DNA of 64,000 bases from Ignavibacteriota bacterium (GCA_963701295.1 OY969585.1:3456001-3520000); one strand, 5' to 3'; shown: positions 17,801 to 29,862, numbered from the stretch's first letter. Translations and numbers: made by a program. The notes: generated from the sequence alone by a model not told the origin.

Positions 17801-20800
17801 TTGAACATATCAAGCGGTTTCTGTTCAAAACTCCTCACAGCTTCTTTTTCTTCTCCGACATGCAGGTTCTTAACAATCAAATTCAATGACTGCTCGTTGT
17901 CGAGAACGGTCGTAGTGGTCTGCGTAAGATCCGGTAGCTGGTTAACACCGGGAGGATGATTGTAATTTGGATCGTCCTCAACGTTAACAACACTGATTTC
18001 ATATGATGAATCTGCTTGATCCCTTTTTACCCATTGATTTCCAACAAGATTGAACTCTACAATGCGGAAGAGCGTTGGCTTGCTTGCTCCAGTCACCCAA
18101 AGACGCACTCCCTGAACGCTGGTCAATGTTGGATCTCCGATTTTTCTCGTATAATCAGAAAGCGGAATACGAATTTGCCGCCAACCGCTTTTTGCCCCCT
18201 TCCCTGTAACTAATTTCTGGAACACAAGGCTGTTAGTATCGAGCGGTATTTCATATTCAAAATACGAGTTGATTCGATCCAAGCTCTTATTTCCATTCAA
18301 ATCCTCACCATCAGGTGCCCTTCCTTCCATACTGTTGTAATTTCCTTCGGTACCATTGACTTTATCATACCGATTAGCGTCTGTAGTATCAACAAGTCTG
18401 CCTCCAAGGAGTAATTGTGCCCAATCATCTCCTGATGGATCGGCAGCATATTGTGGATAACGGGCGATGAAATCTTTGTAATAATTTTGTTCCATCGCAT
18501 CGCTCATTGTATCAAGACCCCAATCGAAGCTGGGATTACACACTCCTCGTGGAATATGGTTCGGATTATCCAATCCATCTTCCGTGTGCAATTTATTATC
18601 TCCGAAAAGATCTTCACTTATGTACCCAAGATCTATATTAAGTTTCGCCACACTATCCTGCTGTCCCAGGATATTTACCCAAAGCTCGACAAAAGTAACG
18701 TTTTGATCAACAAGGTTTGTTGATGTTGTACCAAGGACGCGTTGCATACCGGCCCAAGATTTTGTGTGAGAGCTGCCATCACTTTTTCCCAAGCCGATCG
18801 TATGCTCAAGATCCATAGAATAGTTGAACTCGCCGCGAACGGCTGGACGAAAATAAAAATCCAAAGATGTAACTTGATCTTGTCCTGCTATATCAGTCTT
18901 TTTTGCCCAAATATCTGAAATAATCACATCGGTCGGAAGAACATTGAACCAGCAGGCGCGCGCTTTGTAATGCATCTTTTCCGTATCTGCCATAATGCCG
19001 TTAATCGCCTCGCCGGTAGGGATGGAGTGAATATCCCCTGTATATGAGGTATCAAGATTCGGATTATACCATGGCGCGCTTGCATCTTTCCATGCTAAAT
19101 ATGAACCACCAAGAGGAATAGACTGTTTGGCACCTTCAAAGTCGTCAATATAGGCAACGCCCTTACCGCCGTCACTTGGTATAGGACTCGTACGAGTATT
19201 CGGGTTGGGGAGCATATATGCCACTTCACCGCTGACAGAGATTTGTGATAACGCTGTTGTTTTTGCACCGGGAAGAAAATTCAGCGCATTAGTTAGCCAA
19301 GGAGCATCCATGGTAGTATGGCTGTCGAGCCCTAACATTACATTACTGATCGGTTCTTCACCAAGACGCACCTTATCACTTAACGACTGTTGGCTGTATT
19401 TCATGACGGTAAACCCAAGCGAAGAACTTTTACCGAGATTGAACTCCCCCCGCGCACCCATTAATGATTTTGAAGCAAGCTGGAACATATCGTTCGCTTC
19501 GTATTTGATCTGGATATCCCTGCCTGGTGATAAATACATTTGATTTTTGATAAACACTTTACCAGAAATATAATCTACTGTATAATCGACACCGGGGGTA
19601 AGTGGCTGCCCGCCCGAAATCACTTGTACGCTTCCTTCAACAGTGTTAAAACCAATCGAGAAACTCGCTGCCCCTGAACCTTTAACAGTACCGCGTAAAT
19701 AGTATCTATTTTTGGGGTCATTCTGGGCAGCCGAGGCGCTCGTATCATAGATCGCGTCATAGGACAATGAATCTGAATAGTTAATTATATCCCCCGTAGA
19801 AAGTGCGGGTTGATGTGCGGTTAAAAACTTTCTAATACTTAAAGAATCAAAAGGTTCAACGGTCGGGAAAATAATCTCACCATTCACTTGATCAATCGTG
19901 ACACCGGCACTATAATCGAACACTTTGTCTGGCGGCGCCTGACCGCTCGTACCGGAAAAACGATCCAATCCAAATAATTCCAGAAGTCCAATATTTTGCG
20001 GCAATACTTCCTTCGTTGCTGTTTGTCCGGGTAATTGATACTCAATGTGAAATTCAAAAGAATTTGGGTCGATACCGGTTACGTAAAGAGGGTAGCGGTT
20101 TTTCAATTGCAGCTTCCACGCAGTTGGCAAATTGTTCTGTAAATTTTGGGGGCGAACAAGTTTCATTATAAGTTTTATAGAATCTGTCGGATCTCTTTGT
20201 TCCTGCCCGGAGTTACCGATGTATCTCGGAGAATTATCAGCATTACTGATGACGTAATACACAGCAACTGCCTGATTGTCTTGAAGTGATGTCCTCAGAG
20301 AAATAATGCCTGCATTTTTATTGACATCATATTGGGTTGGGTCCAGTTTGATGAAGAGTCCCTGCTCAACTTCCCCCGGAATTGGATCATAATTTTTGTG
20401 GCGGGCAAGAGTATTCGTTCGCAGACTTTCCACCATGGCTTGATTCATAAACGCCGTAACATTCCGCGCTGATTGTGGAGGCACCGATACTGTCGATGTG
20501 ACCCACACTTCAATTTCACGAATCAGCATAGATTGTTTAGAACGATTATTAAGATAATAATCTTCATACAGCCCTATGTACGATGTATCGATAAAAAAGT
20601 GATTCGTAGAATAAGCAGACGGAAGAATTTCAATTGGCTTTGCTTCCCCACCTCCGGAGACGGAAATTTGTTTCACCTGGCCTTTCTTCTGTGTGGCTAC
20701 GGTCGTTAAGCGCAAGGGCCCTAACTGAAATTTTGCTAAGATACCGAACAACGCCGAACCGCCGGAAATAAATGATGAGTTGGTAGGCAATGATACATTT

Positions 20801-21759
20801 CCTGCTTCCACGCTTTGCACAATTTCATCTTCGTACCCCGTGTATTTTACATGGAGTTGGTTCTCATAATCGAACGTGCGCTGTGTATTCCAGTCGGCGG
20901 CAATATTCAATTTATCCCCGATTTCGCCATCCACAGTCACTTGTATTTGTTGTGTGAAATCGGGCGTACTTTGGCTCTGCCCCAAAGGGTTCGATGTAGC
21001 GAGATCATATTTCGTATTGCGAAATCCGGCATGAATGTCGATCGCACCATTCACGCTCAACTTAATAATGTTAGGACCAAAAATGCTGAAGATTGGGTTC
21101 TTCGGAATGGGAACATCAATTTTAGTGATCGAGCCCATCAAATCACTCAATGTAGTTTTCGCATCAATTTGCTGTGAATAAGACTGCGACATCAATTCCC
21201 AATTCTGTCGGACTGATTGCTTCAATCGAAGTGATGAATATTCTTCAAATGGAACGTCAGTCGGGATACGCGAGTCGTTCTCGTCTACTGTGCGCCGTAA
21301 ACGATAAACCCATTTTGTTGAATCCAATGATGCCTGATATTTTACGACTGGTGGAGCGGAAAGAAATAATGGATGCTCTTTGTGATATGTACCTTCAGCC
21401 ATTGGATTATCTTTACGGACATATGTAAATTGGGCAATACGTGCAGAAGAATCCCGTGGGAGCGCACGGATTGCTGCCAATTGAGCCGCGAAGTTTGTAT
21501 CTGCTCTTGCACCGGTCAATGTTGTCTGAGATAATGCACGCTTTTGAGCAGCTTTGGCACGTCGAGAAAGTTTCCCAGATGCAAATTGTTGTTGTGAAGG
21601 TACGGAATCCTGACTTGCAGTTGTCGGGAACGACTCGTAGTTCGCCGCAATCGTAAGGTTAGACGCATCGATCTGTATCTGGCTGCCAAATGCGAGAGCT
21701 ACTATTGCACTGCTCCACCAGAACATTCGTGTTCGGAAAAATATTTTACACTGAACCAC
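14808..21759 (-). CDS. sprA: Type IX secretion translocon SprA/Sov (single frameshift near 15690)
   Basis: About 2300 aa; FDYENQL..YTG.EDEI...EAGNVS, YIDDFEG, ELWADELRL and similar SprA motifs. ORFs 15652-21759 and 14808-15740 join if one base of the G4 run at 15688-15691 is removed. Confidence 0.9.
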
Positions 21760-21981
21760 GTGCGCTCAGTCAGTCGTTTATTAATAAAGGATAATCGTTT
21801 AAAGCCAATTTAGAATGGTCGCAACCGTTCGATATGGCTCCAGGTAGAATCTGAATGAGGGAATTTAAGGGATGTAACGTTCATACTTCTTGCAACCTTT
21901 TCTGACGAATACGTACTATGAAAACTTAGCGAAAAGAACTCAAAATTGCAAGCACTGGATAAGTCAAAAATCAATAGCATT

Positions 21982-22350
21982 TTACTGCTTATTCTGCTTA
22001 AACGTCAGCAGAATCGCTTTTACCTGCTCAAATTCGCTTTCTATCTCTTTCGTATTTATACTTGCCGAAATCGGTATGCCGGAGCGTCCCAGCTCTTCCA
22101 GTTTAAAACAAGCTGCGCCAAGTTGTTTTGCCCCGAGATTGAGGCTGCTTCCTTTGAGCGTGTGTGCCGCAATGGTCAGCATATGATGGTCCTGAGTGTC
22201 CAGCGCCTTTACTATGGTCTGTATCTGTGTAGGTGTTTCGTTTAAATAGATATCGATCAGTTCAATAACAAATTCGTAATCGGTTTCCTGGACCAATTCC
22301 TGTAACCTAGTAAGAAGAGGATTGTCAGAGGTGTTGTCCGTTGTTGGCAT
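21982..22350 (-). CDS. Hpt phosphotransfer domain protein
   Basis: AAHTLKGSSLNLGA motif. Confidence 0.93.
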   Translation of the reverse strand: MPTTDNTSDNPLLTRLQELVQETDYEFVIELIDIYLNETPTQIQTIVKALDTQDHHMLTIAAHTLKGSSLNLGAKQLGAACFKLEELGRSGIPISASINTKEIESEFEQVKAILLTFKQNKQ

Positions 22351-22368
22351 AGGATTCTCTCACTTATT

Positions 22369-25300
22369 TTATTTTTTGTGAATTGTTTCATACCATTTTT
22401 GCATCATACGCCTGACTTCATCGATGAGAATAGGTTTGCTCATATAATCATTCATTCCAGCTTCAAGACATTTCTCCCTGTCGCCTTGCAAGGCATGAGC
22501 GGTCATCGCAATAATGACCGGTTGGTTTTCATGAGGGACTTCTCTTCGAATTCGCTGTGTTGCTTCGTTGCCATCCATCTCCGGCATTTGGACATCCATC
22601 AGCACAATATCGTACTTCTTCTGGTGCACAGCTTGTAACGCTTCTTTTCCGTTCGTTGTCACATCTACTTCTTGACCAAAATTCTTTAAAATACGCACGA
22701 TGAGTTTTTGGTTAATCATATTATCTTCCGCTATCAGAATACTCATAGGCGGTAATATTGTATTTTCTGCTCGCAAAACAGACTTCGCCTGCACTCCATC
22801 AATCCCGGATGATGAAGAAAACGAAAGAGTCGATTGCTTCAACAATGTAACAAGCGCGTCATAGAAGACACGATGCCTCACTGGTTTCAATACAATCTGA
22901 AGCGACGCATCATCCGGACGGATAATTTGATCACGTTTTGCTCTGGATACCAATATTACAAATACAATATCCTGCTTTCCGCTCGCACTTCGGAATGCTT
23001 CCCTTATCTGTACTCCGCTATAATCCGGCAAGGTTTGCTCAGCTACGACAATGTCGAATTGTTCGCCATTTTTTATGTGATCAAGAGATTCTTCCACTGT
23101 TGCTGCCGAATGCACCGAGAATCCCCATTCAACTAGTAACTCGTTCAGCGTTCGCCGGCAAGTTGAGTTATCATCGATAAGAAGCACTTTCTTTTGAGTT
23201 TGGGGGTCATAAGTCTCTGGCTTGGATATTTTTATCAACGGAGGATATACATTATTGTCTCGCGTATCACTTAAGTATTTAGAAACGTTAATGGTGAACC
23301 AAAATGTGCTTCCTTCTGCAAGTGTGCTTTCCACCCAGATTTGTCCGCCAAGAAGATCGACCGCATAGGAACAAATGGCAAGTCCGAGTCCTGTACCGCC
23401 GTATTTTCTTGTAGAAGAAGAATCGACCTGTGAGAATGGCTTAAAAAGTTTATGTAGACGGTCAGATGAAATTCCAATTCCAGTGTCACGGACAGAAAAG
23501 ATGAGTTCAACATTGCCATCCTTTTCGGAAGCCTGGGATACAACAACGTAGATTTCACCTTGTTCAGTAAATTTAATAGCATTGCTGACGAGATTTACTA
23601 ACACTTGACGCAGTCGCGTAGCATCGACGATAACAACTTGAGGTACTTGTTCATCAATCCAATACACTAGATCGATGTTCTTTTGATCTGCCTGAATAGC
23701 AAACAGTTCGAAAATCTCCTCAATACAAGTTTCAATACGGAATGGATGTTTTTCCAGTTCGATTTTGTGCGATTCAATCTTCGAGAAGTCAAGAATGTCA
23801 TTGAGCACCTTAAGCAAGGCATCGCCGCTTAATCGGATCGTTTCCGTATACTCACGCTGCTCTGGAGTCAGCATTGTACGACACAGCAGATCGATTGTGC
23901 CGATTATTCCGTTCATCGGAGTACGAATCTCATGGCTCATATTAGCAAGGAATTCATTTTTAACTCTGTACGCGATCTCTACAGCTTCTTTTGCAAGCTG
24001 AAGTTCTTCACGCAATTGTTTGGATTCCGCGTTTTGATCAACAAACACACGGAAGCGTTCCTCGCTCATTTGCAAAGCCTCTTGCGCGAGCTTAACTTCG
24101 CTGATGTCTGTGAGTGTCCCTTCGAAATAGAGAATGTCACCAAGTTTATTCCGAACGACACGAGCATTATCCAACACGGTGATGATGTGACCATCCTTCC
24201 GTCTGAGTCTGAACTCAGCGTTCTTAATCCGCTCTCCTTTGATCAGAAGTTCCAGATATTTTTTTCGTTCCTCCGAGTCGACATAGATATCTTTTTCAAC
24301 ATTGAGAAGCAACAAGTCGGTCTCTGTTTCATAGCCAAGCATTCGAGCTAAAGCCGGATTAGCAGTTAGAATTTCTCCATCCGGTGTGGTTTGATACACG
24401 CCGTCCAGAACGTTTTCGATGAGCGACCGATATTTCGCTTCAGAACTGCGAATGATCTGTTCCGCCTTCCTGCGTTCAGCAACATTGCGCAGCACAACTT
24501 GGATAGCGGAACTCCCCTGCCATGAGAACGGTATGGCAGCAACTTCTGCTTCAAACGTTGTCCAATCGACACGAAAAAATTTTTCTTCTGTGGTTGGTAC
24601 ACGTTTCCCTTGGTGCGCCATCTGGCGGAATTGATCTCTGATGGCAACACGATAATCCGGATGGACCATATCTACGATCGACCGTCCTACCAATTCATCA
24701 GATGATTCGGCACCGAAAATGTCAATTGCTGCACTATTCACAAAAGCGAATTTACCGCCGACAAACACACAAATCGGATCTGGCGAGAGTTCGACCAGTG
24801 CACGGTAACGTTCCTCACTCTCGCACAAAGCTTGATCTGCTCGCTTTTTCTCGGTGATATCACGTAACACTCCCATAACACCAATCACCTCGCCTTTTGC
24901 GTTTTGAAGAACAGAAGACGAGAAGAGACTTGGGAACGTTTCACCGTTTTTCCTCCGGTTAAGGATTTCTTGTACATAGCGACCGTTCTCTACAGTCATC
25001 TTGTGTATCTTCATCCCCTCGTCCGGATTGGCATAGAGAACGTTCGCATGTTTCCCCAAGACTTCTTTTGTTTCATATCCGAATGCTTCCTCCGCTGCTT
25101 TATTGAACTCGATAATGTTTCGATTCGTATCGACTGCGATAATCATATCCAATGAACTGTCGATGATGCTTTGCGCATATTCCTGTGCTGTTTTCAATCT
25201 CTCTTCAGCACGTTTCATCTCAGTAATATCGTGGGACATATTCATGGAACCAATTTTTTCACCAAGAGAATTTTTTAGTACTGACGACAACAGAAGACAA

Positions 25301-26343
25301 GGAAAAACTTCACCATTCTTCTTTATATTTAGTACTTCTGTGACTTCGCGTCCTAACTCATTAACTTGCCGATTGACGCGTATCTCTTCATCGGGATCGA
25401 CGTAGAGGATATTAATGTGCTTCCTGATCACTTCTTCTTTCTTGTAGCCAAACGTTCGTTCTGCCGCTTTATTGAATTCAATGATATGCCGCTCAAGATC
25501 GACTGCAATGACCATATCCATAGAACTATCTATAATACTTTGCGCATAATCCTGCGAGGCCTTTAATGCTTCCTGCACTCGCTTGCGCTCTGACACATCT
25601 TGAAACACCAATACCACTCCGACAGTATTTCCAAGTTCGTCTTTAATAGGTAAAGCACTCTCCTCAATCGGTAATTCTTTACCATCTCGCGAAATAAGTG
25701 TCGCATGGTACTTGAGAACAGCAGTAATCTTATTCTTCAGGATTTGATCAACAGGATTGATAGAGAATGATTTAACCAACTTATCTTTTGTCCGGAATAC
25801 CTTCAATAAATCTTTTCCGAGCACTTCGTTCATTTTCCACCCGGTAAGACTTTCAGCAACGGTGTTCATGAATTTGATCGATCCCCTTGCGTCAGTGGAG
25901 ATGACCGCTTCACCAATACTTCTCAGCGTTGTGCCATACCAGTTCTCGTTTTCTTTGAATCTCTGCTCCAACTCCTTTCGGTAGAATGCCATCTCGATCG
26001 TGGTCCGGAGTTCACGTTCATCAAGCGGTTTGAGGATATAACCAAAGGGTTCCGTTTTACTGGCACGCTTGAGCGTATCGGTGTCTATATCATCACTCAA
26101 GTATACAACGACAATTCCGTGTTGAGATCGAAGCGCTGATGCTGTTTCAATCCCATCCTTCTCACCCTTCAAGCGAACATCTATTAACACAAGATCGGGT
26201 GAAGTCGCAATCACTTTCTTCACAGCTTCGTCGCCTGTTGAAGCGAACCCTACAACATCGTATCCGAAATTAATCAAACGCTTTTGAAGATCTTTTGCAA
26301 CAATGTTATCGCCTTCGACAATAAGGATTTTTGGATTTGCCAT
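22369..26343 (-). CDS. Hybrid sensor histidine kinase REC-PAS(x5)-HisKA-HATPase-REC-REC
   Basis: FLANMSHEIRTPMNG, NLVSNAIKFT, GGTGLGL; cytoplasmic (no TM segment); start taken at ATG 26343 (TAATG overlap with the upstream gene). Confidence 0.93.
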   Translation of the reverse strand: MANPKILIVEGDNIVAKDLQKRLINFGYDVVGFASTGDEAVKKVIATSPDLVLIDVRLKGEKDGIETASALRSQHGIVVVYLSDDIDTDTLKRASKTEPFGYILKPLDERELRTTIEMAFYRKELEQRFKENENWYGTTLRSIGEAVISTDARGSIKFMNTVAESLTGWKMNEVLGKDLLKVFRTKDKLVKSFSINPVDQILKNKITAVLKYHATLISRDGKELPIEESALPIKDELGNTVGVVLVFQDVSERKRVQEALKASQDYAQSIIDSSMDMVIAVDLERHIIEFNKAAERTFGYKKEEVIRKHINILYVDPDEEIRVNRQVNELGREVTEVLNIKKNGEVFPCLLLSSVLKNSLGEKIGSMNMSHDITEMKRAEERLKTAQEYAQSIIDSSLDMIIAVDTNRNIIEFNKAAEEAFGYETKEVLGKHANVLYANPDEGMKIHKMTVENGRYVQEILNRRKNGETFPSLFSSSVLQNAKGEVIGVMGVLRDITEKKRADQALCESEERYRALVELSPDPICVFVGGKFAFVNSAAIDIFGAESSDELVGRSIVDMVHPDYRVAIRDQFRQMAHQGKRVPTTEEKFFRVDWTTFEAEVAAIPFSWQGSSAIQVVLRNVAERRKAEQIIRSSEAKYRSLIENVLDGVYQTTPDGEILTANPALARMLGYETETDLLLLNVEKDIYVDSEERKKYLELLIKGERIKNAEFRLRRKDGHIITVLDNARVVRNKLGDILYFEGTLTDISEVKLAQEALQMSEERFRVFVDQNAESKQLREELQLAKEAVEIAYRVKNEFLANMSHEIRTPMNGIIGTIDLLCRTMLTPEQREYTETIRLSGDALLKVLNDILDFSKIESHKIELEKHPFRIETCIEEIFELFAIQADQKNIDLVYWIDEQVPQVVIVDATRLRQVLVNLVSNAIKFTEQGEIYVVVSQASEKDGNVELIFSVRDTGIGISSDRLHKLFKPFSQVDSSSTRKYGGTGLGLAICSYAVDLLGGQIWVESTLAEGSTFWFTINVSKYLSDTRDNNVYPPLIKISKPETYDPQTQKKVLLIDDNSTCRRTLNELLVEWGFSVHSAATVEESLDHIKNGEQFDIVVAEQTLPDYSGVQIREAFRSASGKQDIVFVILVSRAKRDQIIRPDDASLQIVLKPVRHRVFYDALVTLLKQSTLSFSSSSGIDGVQAKSVLRAENTILPPMSILIAEDNMINQKLIVRILKNFGQEVDVTTNGKEALQAVHQKKYDIVLMDVQMPEMDGNEATQRIRREVPHENQPVIIAMTAHALQGDREKCLEAGMNDYMSKPILIDEVRRMMQKWYETIHKK

Positions 26344-26681
26344 TACGTCCGTATTCCTTCTTTGCAAAAATAAAGAGCAGTACCATTGACACCTGTGTGT
26401 TTTGATATCTCTTCCCAGGCGCGATGTACCATCACCTGTATATCCATTGCCGAGACAAAATTACTCTGGAGAAGACTGAAGAGCCGCAATTGGTGATACT
26501 TTCGATTCAGCACATTCTGCAAACTCCGTACTTCCACCTGCCCTTGATAGAATAGTAAGTCAAGGGCTTCTTCGATTTTACGCCAGCGCGAATTATCCGC
26601 ATTGAAAGATAGGAGAAATTGCTGCAAGTGTTTTGCGAGTGATTGTGCAATTTCATGTACTACAGTCCGGTTTTTGATCAC
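26343..26681 (-). CDS. Hypothetical protein
   Basis: 112-aa ORF whose stop overlaps the kinase ATG (TAATG), which suggests translational coupling. Confidence 0.5.
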   Translation of the reverse strand: MIKNRTVVHEIAQSLAKHLQQFLLSFNADNSRWRKIEEALDLLFYQGQVEVRSLQNVLNRKYHQLRLFSLLQSNFVSAMDIQVMVHRAWEEISKHTGVNGTALYFCKEGIRT

Positions 26682-26818
26682 CTTAAGTTCCTTCAGAGCA
26701 ATAAACCCCCATGCGAAGGAATTCTACTACATGATTGTAGCAATATAGCTACCATCGCGGGCAAAGGCAACAAGCAAGTGCTTGTAATGAGCGGACATTC
26801 TCGTTATATTTCCAGTAG

Positions 26819-28189
26819 ATGTTTATTCTTTGGCGACATATCCTCCGTGTGCACATTGGACCCTTTATTTTTTCGGTGGTACTGATGATGTTCATTTTCC
26901 TTCTTCAATTTCTTATGAAGAACCTCGATCAATTGACTGGAAAAGGACTCAGCCCGGCAATCATCGCCGAATTGATCACTCTCAACCTTGCATGGATGCT
27001 TGTGTTGGCAGTCCCGATGGGTGTACTTGTGGCAACTCTCATGGCATTCGGTGGATTGGCATCTACCAACCAAATTACTGCAATGCGGGCAAGCGGTGTA
27101 AGTCTCTACAGGATGATTGCACCGGCCGTGGTCGGATCTATTATCGTTTGCCTTCTGCTCATCAGCTTCAATAATGATGTCCTGCCGGATGCCAATCATC
27201 GCACAAAGGTTCTGATGAGCGATATCTCTCATAAAAAACCAACACTCACTCTTGTACCAGGAATGTTCATCCAATTGTTGCAAGGGCATAGTATTCTTGT
27301 GCGAAAGACATTCGAACATACCAACGATCTTGAGGGTGTCACAATCATTGATTATTCCAAACCGATGACAGCGGCTACCATCACAGCACACCGCGGAATA
27401 ATTTCCTTCTCGACCGACTATCAGAAGCTGATTATGGATTTGTTTGACGGTGAAATTCATCAAGTCAATAATCAATTCAAGAACCAGTACCGGGTTATCC
27501 GTTTCCAGAAGCATCGGATGGTGATGGAAGCTGAGGGGTTCAACTTCCAACGTCATGAAGCAAGTTCTCAAGAGCGCGGAGACCGCGAGATGAATGTGCA
27601 GACAATGCAGCAAAAAGTGGATAGTATCCAGAAAGTACAGTCTGCAATCGAACTTCGTTTACACGAACAAATTGGAAAGCATGCCGAAGAAATTCTTGAT
27701 ATGAAATCCATTCATGAACCAGCTTCGGTCTTCAATGCACAACTCAATGGAATAAAAGTTGACCGCTCCTTGGAACAAACAATTCGTTATGATCTCTATC
27801 TGATCAGTGTCTGTAAACGGGAAGCGCGAGAATTTTTAGTAGAGATCCACAAAAAATTCGCAATTCCTTTTGCTTGCATTGTATTCGTGTTTATCGGCGC
27901 ACCGCTTGGCATTATGTCGCGCCGGGGAACATTTGGAGTTGGCGCAAGTTTAAGTTTGGGATTCTTTTTCTTCTATTGGGCATGCTTGAAGGGCGGCGAA
28001 AATCTCGCTGACCGAGGATTTTTTGATCCGTGGATTGGAATGTGGATTGCGAACATCGTCCTTGGGATCATAGGGTTATATTTGACATTTCGAACAGCCC
28101 GTGAGAACCTCACAATTGACTGGTCCGGTCTCGCACGCTTCGTTCCAAAATCATGGCGTTCCGATATTCCTCCACCGAGTGAAACTTGA
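26819..28189 (+). CDS. lptF: LPS export permease LptF
   Basis: LptF/G architecture (3 TM, periplasmic domain, 3 TM); NQITAMRASGVSL, VEIHKKFAIP. Confidence 0.88.
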   Translation: MFILWRHILRVHIGPFIFSVVLMMFIFLLQFLMKNLDQLTGKGLSPAIIAELITLNLAWMLVLAVPMGVLVATLMAFGGLASTNQITAMRASGVSLYRMIAPAVVGSIIVCLLLISFNNDVLPDANHRTKVLMSDISHKKPTLTLVPGMFIQLLQGHSILVRKTFEHTNDLEGVTIIDYSKPMTAATITAHRGIISFSTDYQKLIMDLFDGEIHQVNNQFKNQYRVIRFQKHRMVMEAEGFNFQRHEASSQERGDREMNVQTMQQKVDSIQKVQSAIELRLHEQIGKHAEEILDMKSIHEPASVFNAQLNGIKVDRSLEQTIRYDLYLISVCKREAREFLVEIHKKFAIPFACIVFVFIGAPLGIMSRRGTFGVGASLSLGFFFFYWACLKGGENLADRGFFDPWIGMWIANIVLGIIGLYLTFRTARENLTIDWSGLARFVPKSWRSDIPPPSET

Positions 28190-29289
28190 AAATTATTGAT
28201 CGTTATATTGTCCGGCAATTTCTCGTTTCTTTTTTCTTCGGACTGATCGCATTCATACTCATCTTCGTCATCGCCAATATGATGGAGAATCTGGATGATT
28301 TTATCGATGTACATGCGCCACTAAAAGTTATTGTTGAGTATTACATTGCGTTTATTCCGGAAATTATCAAGTTCATGACTCCTATGGCGGTACTGCTTGC
28401 TGCACTCTTTATTACAGGGCGATTGTCCAGCCAGAATGAACTCTCCGCTATCAAATCCACCGGCACCAGTTTGTACCGGATCATGGCACCATTTCTTATT
28501 GTTTCGCTTATGATCAGTCTTACATCCATTTTTTTTAACGGTTGGATCGTGCCGTATGCCAATCAGAAAAAATTTTACATTGAACGCATGCATTTGAATC
28601 GCTCTGTCACTACAAATAATAGGTACAATATCCTCTTTCAGGAAGGTCTCAGACGTATTGTCTCGATCAACTACTATGACCCACAAGCTAAGTGCGCGCG
28701 ACAAGTTAGTATTCAAGATTTCGACACCAACGATATGACCATCCTTCGACAACGGTTCGATGCACTCCAGATGCAATGGATACAACCGCTAGGAGATGAT
28801 GCACTGAAAGGAAGTTGGGTGCTGCTTAATGGAACGACACAGTGTTTCATTGATACAGCTCAAACGCTTGTACGATTCGACAGTTTGAAGGTGGGAAAAC
28901 TTGCATTGACACCCATCGATATCGAGAAGAAACAGCGTACACCGGATGAAATGAATTACACGGATTTACGAGAGTTTATTGAAAATCAAAAACGTGCCGG
29001 GCAAGATGTCGCACGGTGGTTAGTGGAGTATCATTTCAAACTAGCTTTCCCTTTTGCAAGCATTATTATGGTGCTGTTCGGTGTCCCATTTGCATCGAGC
29101 AGGCCACGCACCGGTGCTGCACTGGGATTCGGTATTGCTCTCGCTGTGTCGTTCATTTACCTTATTTTCATGAAAGCAAGCCAGGTCTTTGGTTACAACG
29201 GCGATCTCGACCCGCTTCTTACCGCATGGCTTTCCAACCTCATTTTTCTCGTGGCTGGTATTGTCAACCTTTTCAGAGTTCAGAAATAG
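28186..29289 (+). CDS. lptG: LPS export permease LptG
   Basis: IIDRYI, NELSAIKSTG, KLAFPFA, AWLSN; paired with lptF. Confidence 0.88.
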   Translation: MKIIDRYIVRQFLVSFFFGLIAFILIFVIANMMENLDDFIDVHAPLKVIVEYYIAFIPEIIKFMTPMAVLLAALFITGRLSSQNELSAIKSTGTSLYRIMAPFLIVSLMISLTSIFFNGWIVPYANQKKFYIERMHLNRSVTTNNRYNILFQEGLRRIVSINYYDPQAKCARQVSIQDFDTNDMTILRQRFDALQMQWIQPLGDDALKGSWVLLNGTTQCFIDTAQTLVRFDSLKVGKLALTPIDIEKKQRTPDEMNYTDLREFIENQKRAGQDVARWLVEYHFKLAFPFASIIMVLFGVPFASSRPRTGAALGFGIALAVSFIYLIFMKASQVFGYNGDLDPLLTAWLSNLIFLVAGIVNLFRVQK

Positions 29290-29442
29290 CAGGCATTGTT
29301 ATGAGTCTTACCTTGCCGGTCTATTGTGAACTATTTGTAAAAAGGAAACCAATACAACAAAATTCTAATTCGAATATTCCACTCTGATAGAGCTTGTTAA
29401 ATTTTGCGTATCCCACAGGACATGGGAAAAAGTATAGTGAGC

Positions 29443-29862
29443 CTATTTCGATCTTTCCTTTCGTGCTTGATACTTATTAAACACTTGCTCCACTAAGATT
29501 GGCAACCGTATGGTATCCATTTCTCCTTTAATGAAATACTCTTCAGCTCCCCATTTGAAGGCTTCTTCAAATATCTCATCCCCCCCATGACTAGTGATCA
29601 GAATAACGGGGATATTCATCTTCCTCCCGTACATCCATTGCAGTATATTGATACCGTTCGTTCCTTCCATTTTAAAATCCAACAACACAATATCGAACAA
29701 ATCCTTCTGCAGACAAGTCAATGTCTCTTCACCTGAATTACTCACTGTAACTAAATAACCATGATCTGTGAGAGATCTTTTTAGAAGGGCAGAATAAGGA
29801 TGATCGTCATCTGCCACAAGTACACGAAGCGACTGCGTATTCATACGTGCACCACGATGCAA
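29443..29862 (-). CDS. Single-domain response regulator
   Basis: VLVADDD, VLLDFKM, ITSHG, YFIKG. Confidence 0.9.
   Translation of the reverse strand: MHRGARMNTQSLRVLVADDDHPYSALLKRSLTDHGYLVTVSNSGEETLTCLQKDLFDIVLLDFKMEGTNGINILQWMYGRKMNIPVILITSHGGDEIFEEAFKWGAEEYFIKGEMDTIRLPILVEQVFNKYQARKERSK

Noticed and set aside
26804-27613. 269-aa minus-strand ORF
   Set aside because: Antisense to lptF
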